Shown one piece after another: positions 18,728-28,400 of a DNA stretch of 64,000 nucleotides. Made by a program: the position numbers and the translations under genes. The DNA comes from a virus. The notes beneath the pieces are model-generated. The model ran no database searches and was not told the origin of the DNA. It worked only from the letters and a program-made list of their open reading frames with translations. Position 1 is the first letter of the stretch. Each line of letters opens with the position of its first letter. The stretch lies in IMG/VR virus record IMGVR_UViG_3300042301_003793. One strand, given 5' to 3'.

Positions 18728-19546
18728 TCAAAAATAACCGAATTGGTCGTAAAACCATTGATGTTTTTGTTTTATCCAGTTACAAGCTGGTGTTCCAAGA
18801 ACTTCTTTATAATCTAATTTTAATGGTTCAATTTTAGATTTAATATTATGGTCACCATAAATTCCATAAACAGAATCATCTTCTTGTGTTATTTGTGTAA
18901 CATTATCAAAGTCGTGTTCAAAGTATGGTAACTCAAGATATTTATAAATTCTTTCCATTTCTTTTTTTGGATTTGAAGTGAAGTCTTCGAATTTAACAAA
19001 TAACATTTTATGATTAATACCTTCTTTGAAGATTTGATAAAGTCTTTCGACAGCCAAACCAACTGGTTGTGATTGTGACCAAATATCAATTCTTTTTTCT
19101 GTTGTAGTTCCTTGCATTTGCGCGTGATTAACAACACCAGAATCCATATGTTGACTCTTTCTAAAATTCTTTTCCATTGAGGCAAAGATTCCACGTAAGT
19201 CTCTTACCATACAAATAATCTTTGGTTCTGGATAAAAAGAATTTAAAAACCCATAATGAATACCCCAACCTCTACTTTTATCTAAAACATATGGTTTATC
19301 TGTTACACCATTAAAAAAACCTAACATACCTTGATTACAAAAGTTTAGAAAACCTTGTTTCATTAATTCTGAATCTTGTGCTTTAAACTCAGGTGATGAA
19401 GTGTAGTTTGCTCTTGCAGCATAAACTAATTCTAAAACACCAGATGTTGGTGTTACGTAAAACTCTGGATTTTGTCCCATAACATTTTGAAGTAATGTTG
19501 ATCCAGCTCTTGGTAATGAACTTTGGAAAAATATTTTTTCTACCAT
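18728..19546 (-). CDS. PAPS-dependent sulfotransferase
   Basis: SSLPRAGSTLL (5'-phosphosulfate loop) and VRDLRGIFAS (3'-phosphate motif). Confidence 0.85.
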   Translation of the reverse strand: MVEKIFFQSSLPRAGSTLLQNVMGQNPEFYVTPTSGVLELVYAARANYTSSPEFKAQDSELMKQGFLNFCNQGMLGFFNGVTDKPYVLDKSRGWGIHYGFLNSFYPEPKIICMVRDLRGIFASMEKNFRKSQHMDSGVVNHAQMQGTTTEKRIDIWSQSQPVGLAVERLYQIFKEGINHKMLFVKFEDFTSNPKKEMERIYKYLELPYFEHDFDNVTQITQEDDSVYGIYGDHNIKSKIEPLKLDYKEVLGTPACNWIKQKHQWFYDQFGYF

Positions 19547-19549
19547 AAT

Positions 19550-20434
19550 TTAATTTTTTAGTGTTTCTATTATTTCGTTTATATTAAAGATGTTTGTATC
19601 AAATAAAGGACATTCGTGTATTGTACCATTAAAGTTGTAATCAAATAAGTAACTATCTGGTAACTTAACTGTTGTTGGTAGTTCTGCTATAATGTTTGTG
19701 TGTAATGGATAACCAAATACTTTTGGTGATGTACCAATCCACAATATGGTTGATGGTAGACCCATAGCAGCTGCCGCATGTTGTAAACAAGAATCAATTA
19801 ATAATCTTTTTTGAGCATAAGCTAATAATGAAAATAATTCCATATTAGACATAGGTTCTACGTGAGCCTCAACATTTTGTAAAACATTTGTTTGGTCTCT
19901 ACAAATTTGAATTATGTGATAATATTGTGAAAAGTGGTCAACAATTTTTTGAGCAACATCAAAAGGAATATCCCTTGTCCAAGAATATGGATATGGCTGT
20001 TCTTGTAATGGACCACCGTTTGTTTGAATGACCATTACAGGTTTTTCTCTTTTCCATTTATTAAATGCAACTTGTTGTTGTCTTAAATTAAATGAAAGTG
20101 ATGGCATTTCACCGTTATATTCTAAACCAAAAAGTTTACACCAATTCATAATTAATGGTAACTTTTTTTGGATATGGTCTGTTGTAAAATAAGGTTCGTG
20201 TTTAAAAATTAAACTATCTTTATCTTTAATGTAATCATCATAAAAATATGGTGTCATACCAATTCTATATACTCTATCAATAAAATCTAAATTTAAAAAT
20301 ATTTCTGGGTAAGCACAGACAATAATTAATTCCCTATCTGGGTGATTGTTTTTTATACATTTTGCAACAGCAGTTGATAGAACGTGTTTTCCTAAACCAC
20401 CTTCTAAATGAAATATACTATATTTTTTTTCCAT
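19550..20434 (-). CDS. GT9-like (GT-B) glycosyltransferase
   Basis: EGGLGKHVL and IDSCLQHAAAAMGLPSTILW motifs. Confidence 0.65.
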   Translation of the reverse strand: MEKKYSIFHLEGGLGKHVLSTAVAKCIKNNHPDRELIIVCAYPEIFLNLDFIDRVYRIGMTPYFYDDYIKDKDSLIFKHEPYFTTDHIQKKLPLIMNWCKLFGLEYNGEMPSLSFNLRQQQVAFNKWKREKPVMVIQTNGGPLQEQPYPYSWTRDIPFDVAQKIVDHFSQYYHIIQICRDQTNVLQNVEAHVEPMSNMELFSLLAYAQKRLLIDSCLQHAAAAMGLPSTILWIGTSPKVFGYPLHTNIIAELPTTVKLPDSYLFDYNFNGTIHECPLFDTNIFNINEIIETLKN

Positions 20435-20450
20435 AATAAGATTATAATTT

Positions 20451-21368
20451 TTAATTTTTGTTAGTAAAGATAATTGCTTCGTTAATCTTATCTATTACCA
20501 TTTTTGGTTTTATTTTTGTGTGACATTCGTTTTCTCTTTCTGTTCCTAAAAATATTGGACATTTAGTTTTTATATTTGGAAACATATTAAAACATCCATT
20601 ACAAACATAAGGGTTTGTGACTCTAAAACAATCAAATTCGTTTTGACTTTTTGTAAAATTTGAAATCATAACAACTGGTACGTCATAGGCCCAAGCAAGC
20701 CAAGAAAGACCTGAAGATAAACCAACAAAGAACCTTGAACTAACAATATGGTCAATTGCAACATTTAAATCATCGTGACCGTGAAAACCAATAACATTTT
20801 CTAAATTCATTGTATTTTCATAAGAAATGTTATAAACGTTGTAACCTACATTATGTAATGAATTTACAATTGTTTGCCAACCCTCATTCCCATTATATTT
20901 CCATTGTGAAATTTCTTTAATTGTTTCTGGACCCATAGTAATTTTATTTGGGTCTATTGTTCTTAGTTTTGGAATTACTGGACATTTACCTGGTTTTGTT
21001 TCTTGCGGTAATCGCATTGTATCTTTAGCAGCATAAAACATACCACCTAAAGTGTGTGCCATATTATTTTTATCATAACCAACATCAACTAGTTTATCAA
21101 TTTCTAAAAAACCACTTTCATTTGCGTTAATAAACTCATAGTCTGGTCTATTTGATTTTAATAGGTGTGGAAAAAAAGTTGTAACCCAAACGTACTTTGG
21201 TTTGTGATAATCCATAAAAGCATCCATCAAAGATGAAAAACAAATTGTATCACCTAAACAAAATGAGTCAAAGTGTAATAATAATTCTTTTCCTTCAAAG
21301 GTTTCTAAGTTTGGCTCTCTTTCTTTATAGTTCATCAACTCAGAATTGTCGTAATGTCTTTTAACCAT
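20451..21368 (-). CDS. TibC/Aah (BAHT)-like autotransporter heptosyltransferase homologue
   Basis: CLGDTI, FFVGLSSGLSWLAWA..VPVVMISNFT, and iron-finger-like CNGC..CP..EC. Confidence 0.75.
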   Translation of the reverse strand: MVKRHYDNSELMNYKEREPNLETFEGKELLLHFDSFCLGDTICFSSLMDAFMDYHKPKYVWVTTFFPHLLKSNRPDYEFINANESGFLEIDKLVDVGYDKNNMAHTLGGMFYAAKDTMRLPQETKPGKCPVIPKLRTIDPNKITMGPETIKEISQWKYNGNEGWQTIVNSLHNVGYNVYNISYENTMNLENVIGFHGHDDLNVAIDHIVSSRFFVGLSSGLSWLAWAYDVPVVMISNFTKSQNEFDCFRVTNPYVCNGCFNMFPNIKTKCPIFLGTERENECHTKIKPKMVIDKINEAIIFTNKN

Positions 21369-22104
21369 TTTTATATTTTAAAAGTTTAGAGTAATATTCA
21401 AACCAATATCTTTCTTGCCAGATTGTACCTTCTTCCAAATACACCAATGGTTTTTGTTGCCAAGGTTTTTTTACAATGTAGTGTAAAATTTTAATATGTT
21501 TTGGTAGTCCTGTATTTTTGAATATTTCTTTTGAATATGTTTTTAAGTAATTATATGATACTGGTATTTCAGTTATTTCATCATAAAAATAATTATTAAT
21601 AATATCTTGGTCCAGATGTTCTGTAATCCCATATATTGTTGTAAGATGTATTAAATCATCTGTTATTTTTTCAGATAAATATTTTTTTGAGATAACAAGA
21701 ACACCTGTGTTGTATTGGTCAATATATAAATCTCTAACACCACCAATATCACCATCAAAATCAATTAGATAATCAATGTTTCCTAAAATAACAACATCTG
21801 AATCTAAAAATATAATTTTGTTAAATTCAGTTAATGAAAAAATTTCATATTTAGTATAATCACCAAAAGACATTTGTTTTTCTTTTAGTTTTTCTATTTC
21901 AGAATATTTTTCGGTGTCAAATCTTTTTATGTGTATATTATTGTACATTCTTCTTGAGGCGACTAAATCTTCTGGTGTTAAATCATTTGTGATGATTACA
22001 AATGGTAATTTTTCACTAACAACTCTTGGGTTATTATCTATTAACGATTTTAACATTACCTCAAATCCTATAAGATAATCTTTATTACATACAGTTACAA
22101 ACAT
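21361..22104 (-). CDS. GT8 glycosyltransferase (glycogenin-like)
   Basis: YTKYEIF, IIFLDSD, YNTGVLV, DQDIIN, HYIVKKPW. Confidence 0.85.
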   Translation of the reverse strand: MFVTVCNKDYLIGFEVMLKSLIDNNPRVVSEKLPFVIITNDLTPEDLVASRRMYNNIHIKRFDTEKYSEIEKLKEKQMSFGDYTKYEIFSLTEFNKIIFLDSDVVILGNIDYLIDFDGDIGGVRDLYIDQYNTGVLVISKKYLSEKITDDLIHLTTIYGITEHLDQDIINNYFYDEITEIPVSYNYLKTYSKEIFKNTGLPKHIKILHYIVKKPWQQKPLVYLEEGTIWQERYWFEYYSKLLKYKNG

Positions 22105-22130
22105 ACCTCAAGTATAAAAAAAACATTATA

Positions 22131-22166
22131 AAAATAAAGAACCCCAACTGTTTTAAAATTGGGGTT
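22131..22166 (-). terminator. Intrinsic terminator after fibre gene 2
   Basis: AACCCCAA (22140-22147) / TTGGGGTT (22159-22166) stem; T-rich run follows on the minus strand. Confidence 0.7.
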
Positions 22167-22189
22167 ATTAAAAATTTTATAATTTGTTA

Positions 22190-25100
22190 TTAAGGAACAA
22201 AATATATTCTATTTAAATCTGTTGGACAGTAGTAAACGGATTTTGAAGGTAAACCAGCAGAACTAGTTGGTAAATCAATAATACTTAAACAGTTTACATA
22301 TGTTGTATTTGGACAACTTGTTGTAATTCCATAACCAACAATAAATGAGCAATTGTGTGAAACTGTATTTCCGGATCCACCAAGAATACCAGAATATTGT
22401 GTTGTTATAGTGTTTTGATAACCACCACTTACGGTTGAATTAGTTCCACTTGATGTGTTACATCGTCCACCACTTACGGTTGAATTAGTTCCACTTGATG
22501 TGTTTTGTTGTCCGCCGCCAATTACAGAATAACCTCCGATTGATGTGTTACATCGTCCACCACTTACGGTTGAATAAACTCCACTTGATGTGTTATATAA
22601 ACCACCACCTACAGTTGAAATATCTCCACTTGATAAGTTAAAATAACCACCACTTACGGTTGAATTATTACCACTTGCTGTATTTTGTCGTCCACCATTT
22701 ATATTTGAGTGATAACCAATTGCAGTGTTACATCGCCCCCCACTTACGGTTGAATAACAACCACTTGTTGTGTTTGAAACTCCACCACTTACGGTTGAAA
22801 ATGTATTACTTGCTCTGTTACCACAACCACCACCTACGGTTGCAAAATTATAATCAGTTGTTGATACAAGGAATGATATATCATCAACACCAGAAGTTCC
22901 ACCAAACAATGTTCCGTCAAATAATAAAAAATCACCATCAATATAGTTTTGACCAGCCGCTGAAATGGTAATGCTGTTAACAACACCTGCGGTCAAGTTA
23001 AAGTTAAACAAAGAGCCAAAACCGTTAACACTAGTTGTAAATGAAGAAGATACTCCCGGAAAAATACCAGTTGTTGTTGATCCACTTGTATTTAAATTAT
23101 AATAATTACTTACAGTTCCGTTTATACCTGCAATGTTTACTTTACCACCACCAATTGATGAACCAATAGTACGTGCTGTGTTTTGATAACCACCACTTAC
23201 TGTTGAATAATTCCCACTTGTTGTATTAAATTCTCCACCACCAATAAATGAAAATGGATTACTTGCTGTGTTTTTATAGCCACCACTTACGGTTGAAAAT
23301 GTATTACTTGATTCATTACGAATTCCACCACTTACTGTTGAACTAATCCCACTTGCATTATTACAACCACCACCACTTACAGTTGAAATATCTCCACTTG
23401 CTGTGTTACAATCACCACCACTTACATTTGAACGAATTCCACTTGATGTGTTACAATATCCACCACTTACAGTTGAGTAAAAAGCTGATGCTGTATTTCC
23501 ACAACCTCCGGCAATTGTTGACGCATAACCTGTTGCAAAATTACTATATCCACCGCTCACAGTCGAGTATTCACCCAATGAAGCATTATTACAACCACCA
23601 CCAACAAATGAAAAAGGTCCTGAATTTGTGTTTATTTGTAATGTAACATCATCAGTACCTGATACACCACTAAAATTAGTTCCATCAAAAAATAATGTAT
23701 CACCATTAACATAATTAGAACCACCAGATACAATATTAAGAGATGAAAAAGAACCTGTATTAAAAGTAAAATTAAATACCGCACCCGTACCATATCCAGA
23801 AACAGTTGATGTTGGTGTAATACCACCGTATATACCATTAAAGGTTCCTCCGGTATATACTGTATTGTAGTAATTACTAACAGTATTTTTTATCCCTGCT
23901 TTATTTCCATAACCACCACTTATTGTTGAAAAGTTAGTATACGATGTATTTTGAAAACCTCCACTAACAAGTGAAAAGTTACCAAGAGCGTCATTTAATG
24001 TACCAATTCTTTGTGTTGAATCTACCCCAGAACCAATTTCATAAGGTCCAGAACCAATTCCTCCACCAACAACAACATTACCTTGAGCATCAATACCCAA
24101 ATCATTTATTGACGTACCAGTACTAATAATACCTATATTTAATCCTGGTACATAAACAGTATCATCTGTTGTTCCAGAAATATTTTGTCCACCTAAAATA
24201 ACACTCCTATCTGCTTGTAAAGTAGAGTTATTTGAAAATACCATTGAGCAATCACCAATAACTATGTTATTAGCACCACCGGCAATTGCAGAACAATAAC
24301 CAGAAACTGTATTACTATATCCACCGGCAATATTACTATTAAATCCTATTACTGTATTAAATTGTCCACCGGCAATTGTTGTACCATCAGAATAAGTTTC
24401 ATTTGATAAACCACCTAATATTGATGCGTATGTTCCGTAGTTTTTATTTTGTGAACCACCTGCAACAACAGAAATGTTTGATACCGTTGTGTTTCCACAT
24501 CCACCACCTACAAATGAACCAGATCCTAAGTTTGCGTTATTACATCCACCAACAATAATAGAAAAGTTTGCGTCTGATGTGTTACAGCACCCACCAAGAA
24601 TTGCACTACCACAAGAATCAACCGTATTGTATTCTCCACCACCAACAACTGTAAAATCACAATTTGCGATGTTTGAGTTACCCCCACCAACAAAAGCTGT
24701 TGTGTCGGCTGCTGTGTTAAATCTACCACCAGCAACAATTGCAAAATCTCCAATAGCACTATTCTGTGCTCCACCACCAACGGTTGAGCAAGCATTTAAT
24801 GCAACATTTTCAAAACCACCACCAACAGTTGTGTTATAATCAGAAGCAGTGTTTGATTCTCCACCACCAATTGCCGAATATTTTCCAGAAGAAGTATTGT
24901 TACAACCAGCAACAACAGAAGCATAATTTTGTGATGCAACATTTAAGTAACCACCACCAATAAATGTACAGCTATCTAAAATTGTATTTTTACAACCACC
25001 AACAATTGTTGAAAGGTCGCCATTTATTGTATTTAATTCTCCGCCACCAATAAATGTTGATGATGAATTTGTTGTGTTTGTATTGCAATAACCACCAGTA

Positions 25101-25375
25101 ATTGAACCAAATGTTCCATTATTTGTATTACAATAACCGCCACCGATAAAAGAATAATTCCCAGTTGATTTATTACATCTACCACCAGTAATTACACCCA
25201 TACAACCAGTTGTTGTATTAAAAAAACCACCAACTATTGTTCCGTAGTTTTTATCTGCTGTGTTTGAATACCCACCTAATACTGTTGAATAATTACATCT
25301 AGCAGCATTATTATTATCACATCTAACTGTAGAGTTTATCCCACCTACCGGGTCATCAATTATAACGTAAGCCAT
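22190..25375 (-). CDS. Fibre-like virion protein 2 with 15-aa GGxxN repeats
   Basis: Dozens of S/T-V/I-x-G-G-x-x-N repeats, two inserted beta-rich domains, C-terminus similar to fibre 1. Confidence 0.7.
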   Translation of the reverse strand: MAYVIIDDPVGGINSTVRCDNNNAARCNYSTVLGGYSNTADKNYGTIVGGFFNTTTGCMGVITGGRCNKSTGNYSFIGGGYCNTNNGTFGSITGGYCNTNTTNSSSTFIGGGELNTINGDLSTIVGGCKNTILDSCTFIGGGYLNVASQNYASVVAGCNNTSSGKYSAIGGGESNTASDYNTTVGGGFENVALNACSTVGGGAQNSAIGDFAIVAGGRFNTAADTTAFVGGGNSNIANCDFTVVGGGEYNTVDSCGSAILGGCCNTSDANFSIIVGGCNNANLGSGSFVGGGCGNTTVSNISVVAGGSQNKNYGTYASILGGLSNETYSDGTTIAGGQFNTVIGFNSNIAGGYSNTVSGYCSAIAGGANNIVIGDCSMVFSNNSTLQADRSVILGGQNISGTTDDTVYVPGLNIGIISTGTSINDLGIDAQGNVVVGGGIGSGPYEIGSGVDSTQRIGTLNDALGNFSLVSGGFQNTSYTNFSTISGGYGNKAGIKNTVSNYYNTVYTGGTFNGIYGGITPTSTVSGYGTGAVFNFTFNTGSFSSLNIVSGGSNYVNGDTLFFDGTNFSGVSGTDDVTLQINTNSGPFSFVGGGCNNASLGEYSTVSGGYSNFATGYASTIAGGCGNTASAFYSTVSGGYCNTSSGIRSNVSGGDCNTASGDISTVSGGGCNNASGISSTVSGGIRNESSNTFSTVSGGYKNTASNPFSFIGGGEFNTTSGNYSTVSGGYQNTARTIGSSIGGGKVNIAGINGTVSNYYNLNTSGSTTTGIFPGVSSSFTTSVNGFGSLFNFNLTAGVVNSITISAAGQNYIDGDFLLFDGTLFGGTSGVDDISFLVSTTDYNFATVGGGCGNRASNTFSTVSGGVSNTTSGCYSTVSGGRCNTAIGYHSNINGGRQNTASGNNSTVSGGYFNLSSGDISTVGGGLYNTSSGVYSTVSGGRCNTSIGGYSVIGGGQQNTSSGTNSTVSGGRCNTSSGTNSTVSGGYQNTITTQYSGILGGSGNTVSHNCSFIVGYGITTSCPNTTYVNCLSIIDLPTSSAGLPSKSVYYCPTDLNRIYFVP
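22422..22504. repeat. Exact 38-bp direct repeat with 45-bp period (coding)
   Basis: CCACCACTTACGGTTGAATTAGTTCCACTTGATGTGTT at 22422-22459 and 22467-22504. Confidence 0.85.
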
Positions 25376-25405
25376 ATTTGTTTTTTTTATTTTTAATTTA
25401 TGTTT

Positions 25406-25435
25406 AAACCCCCACTATTAAATGGGGGTTTTTTT
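25406..25435. terminator. Terminator-like hairpin between fibre genes 3 and 2
   Basis: AAACCCCCA-CTATTAAA-TGGGGGTTT; long T tract on the plus side only. Confidence 0.6.
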
Positions 25436-25436
25436 A

Positions 25437-28400
25437 TTAAAGTTTAACCCAAAGTTGAGTACCACCACCTGACGCACTTGTTGTACACCTATAAACAGTA
25501 CCACTTGGAAGTGCTGTAACTTCAGTTTCGGTTGGTAAACTTTTTAAAGTAACTCTTGAACAAGTGTTTGGAGATGAAATACCGCCACCATTAACTGTAA
25601 AGTTATTTACAAAAGTTGTGAAACATTGATCAGTTGTAATGTTACATCCTAAAACGTGTGAATCACTTAAACAAACTGTGTTTGCTCTACCAACGGCCGA
25701 TGAATAAGAGGCAAGATTACTAATGTTGTTTCCACAACCACCTTTAATTGTTGACCAAGGAACATTAGTACCAATTATGTTACTTTCACCACCACCAATT
25801 GTACTACAACAAGAATTGTTTGTATTTAATCTACCACCAACAATACTTGAGTGAGACTGTAATACACAGTTAGATTGACCACCACCAATTGTTGAATAAG
25901 ATTGGATTAGACAGTTAAAAGCTCCACCACCAATTGTTGACGCATAACCTGTTGCAGATATTGAGTTTGAAATACCACCTAAGATACCTGCTACTGTAGA
26001 TGCTGCAGTATTTGTACTACCTAAAACAACAGAACAAGGACCGCTAGCAATGTTTGCTGATCCAGTTCTAAGAGTTGAAAGTGAGCCTGTACCCGCAACA
26101 ACAATTTGAGTTGGAATTGATGTTAAACCAGCTGGTAATCCACTTACAGTTGCAACGCCATTTTGTCTATTTAATGTGATTAAACCGTTAGCGTTATTAT
26201 ATGTACCACCAGTAACAAAGAAATCATTACTTTGGAAACCAGGTACAGTAACATTAGTACCATTGTTTTGACCAAGAGTTAAGGTACCATTTGAATATGT
26301 CCCACCAGTTACAAATGTGTTTTGTGTTTGGAACCCAAGAATACTTACATCGGTAGCACCATTTGATTGTGATAATACTAATTCACCTATTGTTGGGTTA
26401 TATGTACCACCAGTTAAATATTTATCACTATCAATTAATGTTGCTAAATCAACATTAAATGAATTTCCATCATTTCTATCAAATGTAATTTGTGAAAGTA
26501 CGTTATCATACGTACCACCAGTAACGTATGTGTTTTCAGTTACAATTGTAAACGGACCACCATTTGGTGTTAAATTATATTCTAAAGTTGATGTTTGTAC
26601 ATTTGTATTATCATTTCCAGATGTTAATGTACTTCCTGTTACAAAATAATCTGTAAATCCAGTTGCCGTAACTTGAGAGCCATCGGTATTTGTTAAAGTT
26701 AATGTATCACCAACTTTTGTTGCACCAGTCAAATATGTGTCCGTGTATCCAGTTGTAAATCCAGAAATTTGTACTGTATTTCCAGATGTGTTAACAAATG
26801 TTACAACACCTGTATTTGCATCATATGTACCACCAGTTAAACCTAAGTCAGTTGCTAAAACACCTAAATTTACTTGTAAATCATTTCCATCATTAACCGA
26901 TGCTGTTAAAATAAATGAACTATTATCAAATGTTAATCCAGTTAAAAAGTAATCTGTTTGAGATACTACCGAAACAACATTACCAGACGCATCAACACCT
27001 AATGTAGAAACTGGCGTTGTTGCACCAACTGTTTGAATATTTAATTGTGGAACATAAACAGTATCATTTGTTGTACCAGTAATATTTTGTCCACCTATTA
27101 CAGCTGACCTATTTCCTGTTACAACGTTTTGACATCCACCAAGAATCATAGATTGTGTTGCTTGAGCTCTGTTTTCTACACCACCAGCAATAACTGAGTT
27201 ATTTCCAGTCGCAGTATTTCTTAGACCTCCAAGAATTGATGATTCAAAATTAAGAGCAGTATTACATCTACCACCACCAATTGTTGATCTATAACCAGAT
27301 GCGGTATTTCTATATCCACCACTTATTGTGTTATTTATACCAAATGATGTATTAAATGAACCACCACCTACATTTGATCTATTCCCAACTGCTGAGTTAT
27401 ATAAACCACCACCTACTGATGATTGGAAATTATAAGTTTCATTACAATATCCACCACCAATTACTGACGCAAAACCGTATGCTTTATTCCCAAATCCACC
27501 ACCAATTGCGATGCTTCCACCACAACCAGTATTACAACAACCACCAGCAACAGTATCACTCAAATTACAAGTTTTGTTAGATCTACCACCACCTATAGCT
27601 GTGTAGTTACTAAATGTTTGATTATTACAACCACCATTAATTGTTGAGAATGACCCATTTAATTGGTTAACAGCCCCACCATTAATAACACCCATATATC
27701 CAAAGTTGTTGTTAGCAAAACCACCACCAACAAATGAATAATTACCACTAGCAATATTAACAAAACCACCGGCAACAACGTCACTATTATTATTTGCTTG
27801 GTTTTGACAACCACCACCAATTGTACTTGCAAATCCATTTGCATTATTATTAACACCAAACACAGTTGAATATTGACCGTTAGCGTTATTTCCTGAGTTT
27901 TTCCTTACTGAAGAAGAAAATCCATTACCTCCAACAATTACAGCATCTTCAATTCCAGAAATATCTACTGTACCATTTTGTTGTTGGATTGTTAAGGTTG
28001 ATGTTGATGGAGTATAAAAACCACCAGTAACATATGTATCTGTATATCCAGTTAAGAAACCAGTAACACTAAATGTACCACCAGAGTTATTTGTAAAAGT
28101 TGCAGTACCAGAGTTTAAATCATATGTACCACCAGTTACTCTTAAATCACCAGCTAAAATACCTAAATTAACCGTGTAGGCACTATAGTTGTTTAGTTCA
28201 ACTGTTAAGGCGTAAGTACTTTGGTCAAATGTAAATCCAGTTGTAAAGTAATCTGTAGCGCCAGTTGTAAAACCAGTCACAACAAAAGAACCACCCTGGT
28301 TGTTTTCAAATGTTGCACTACCAGTTGAGTTATCATATGTACCTCCCGTAACATATGTGTCGATAGATGTAAACCCAGTTACAAGAACTGATGAACCATC

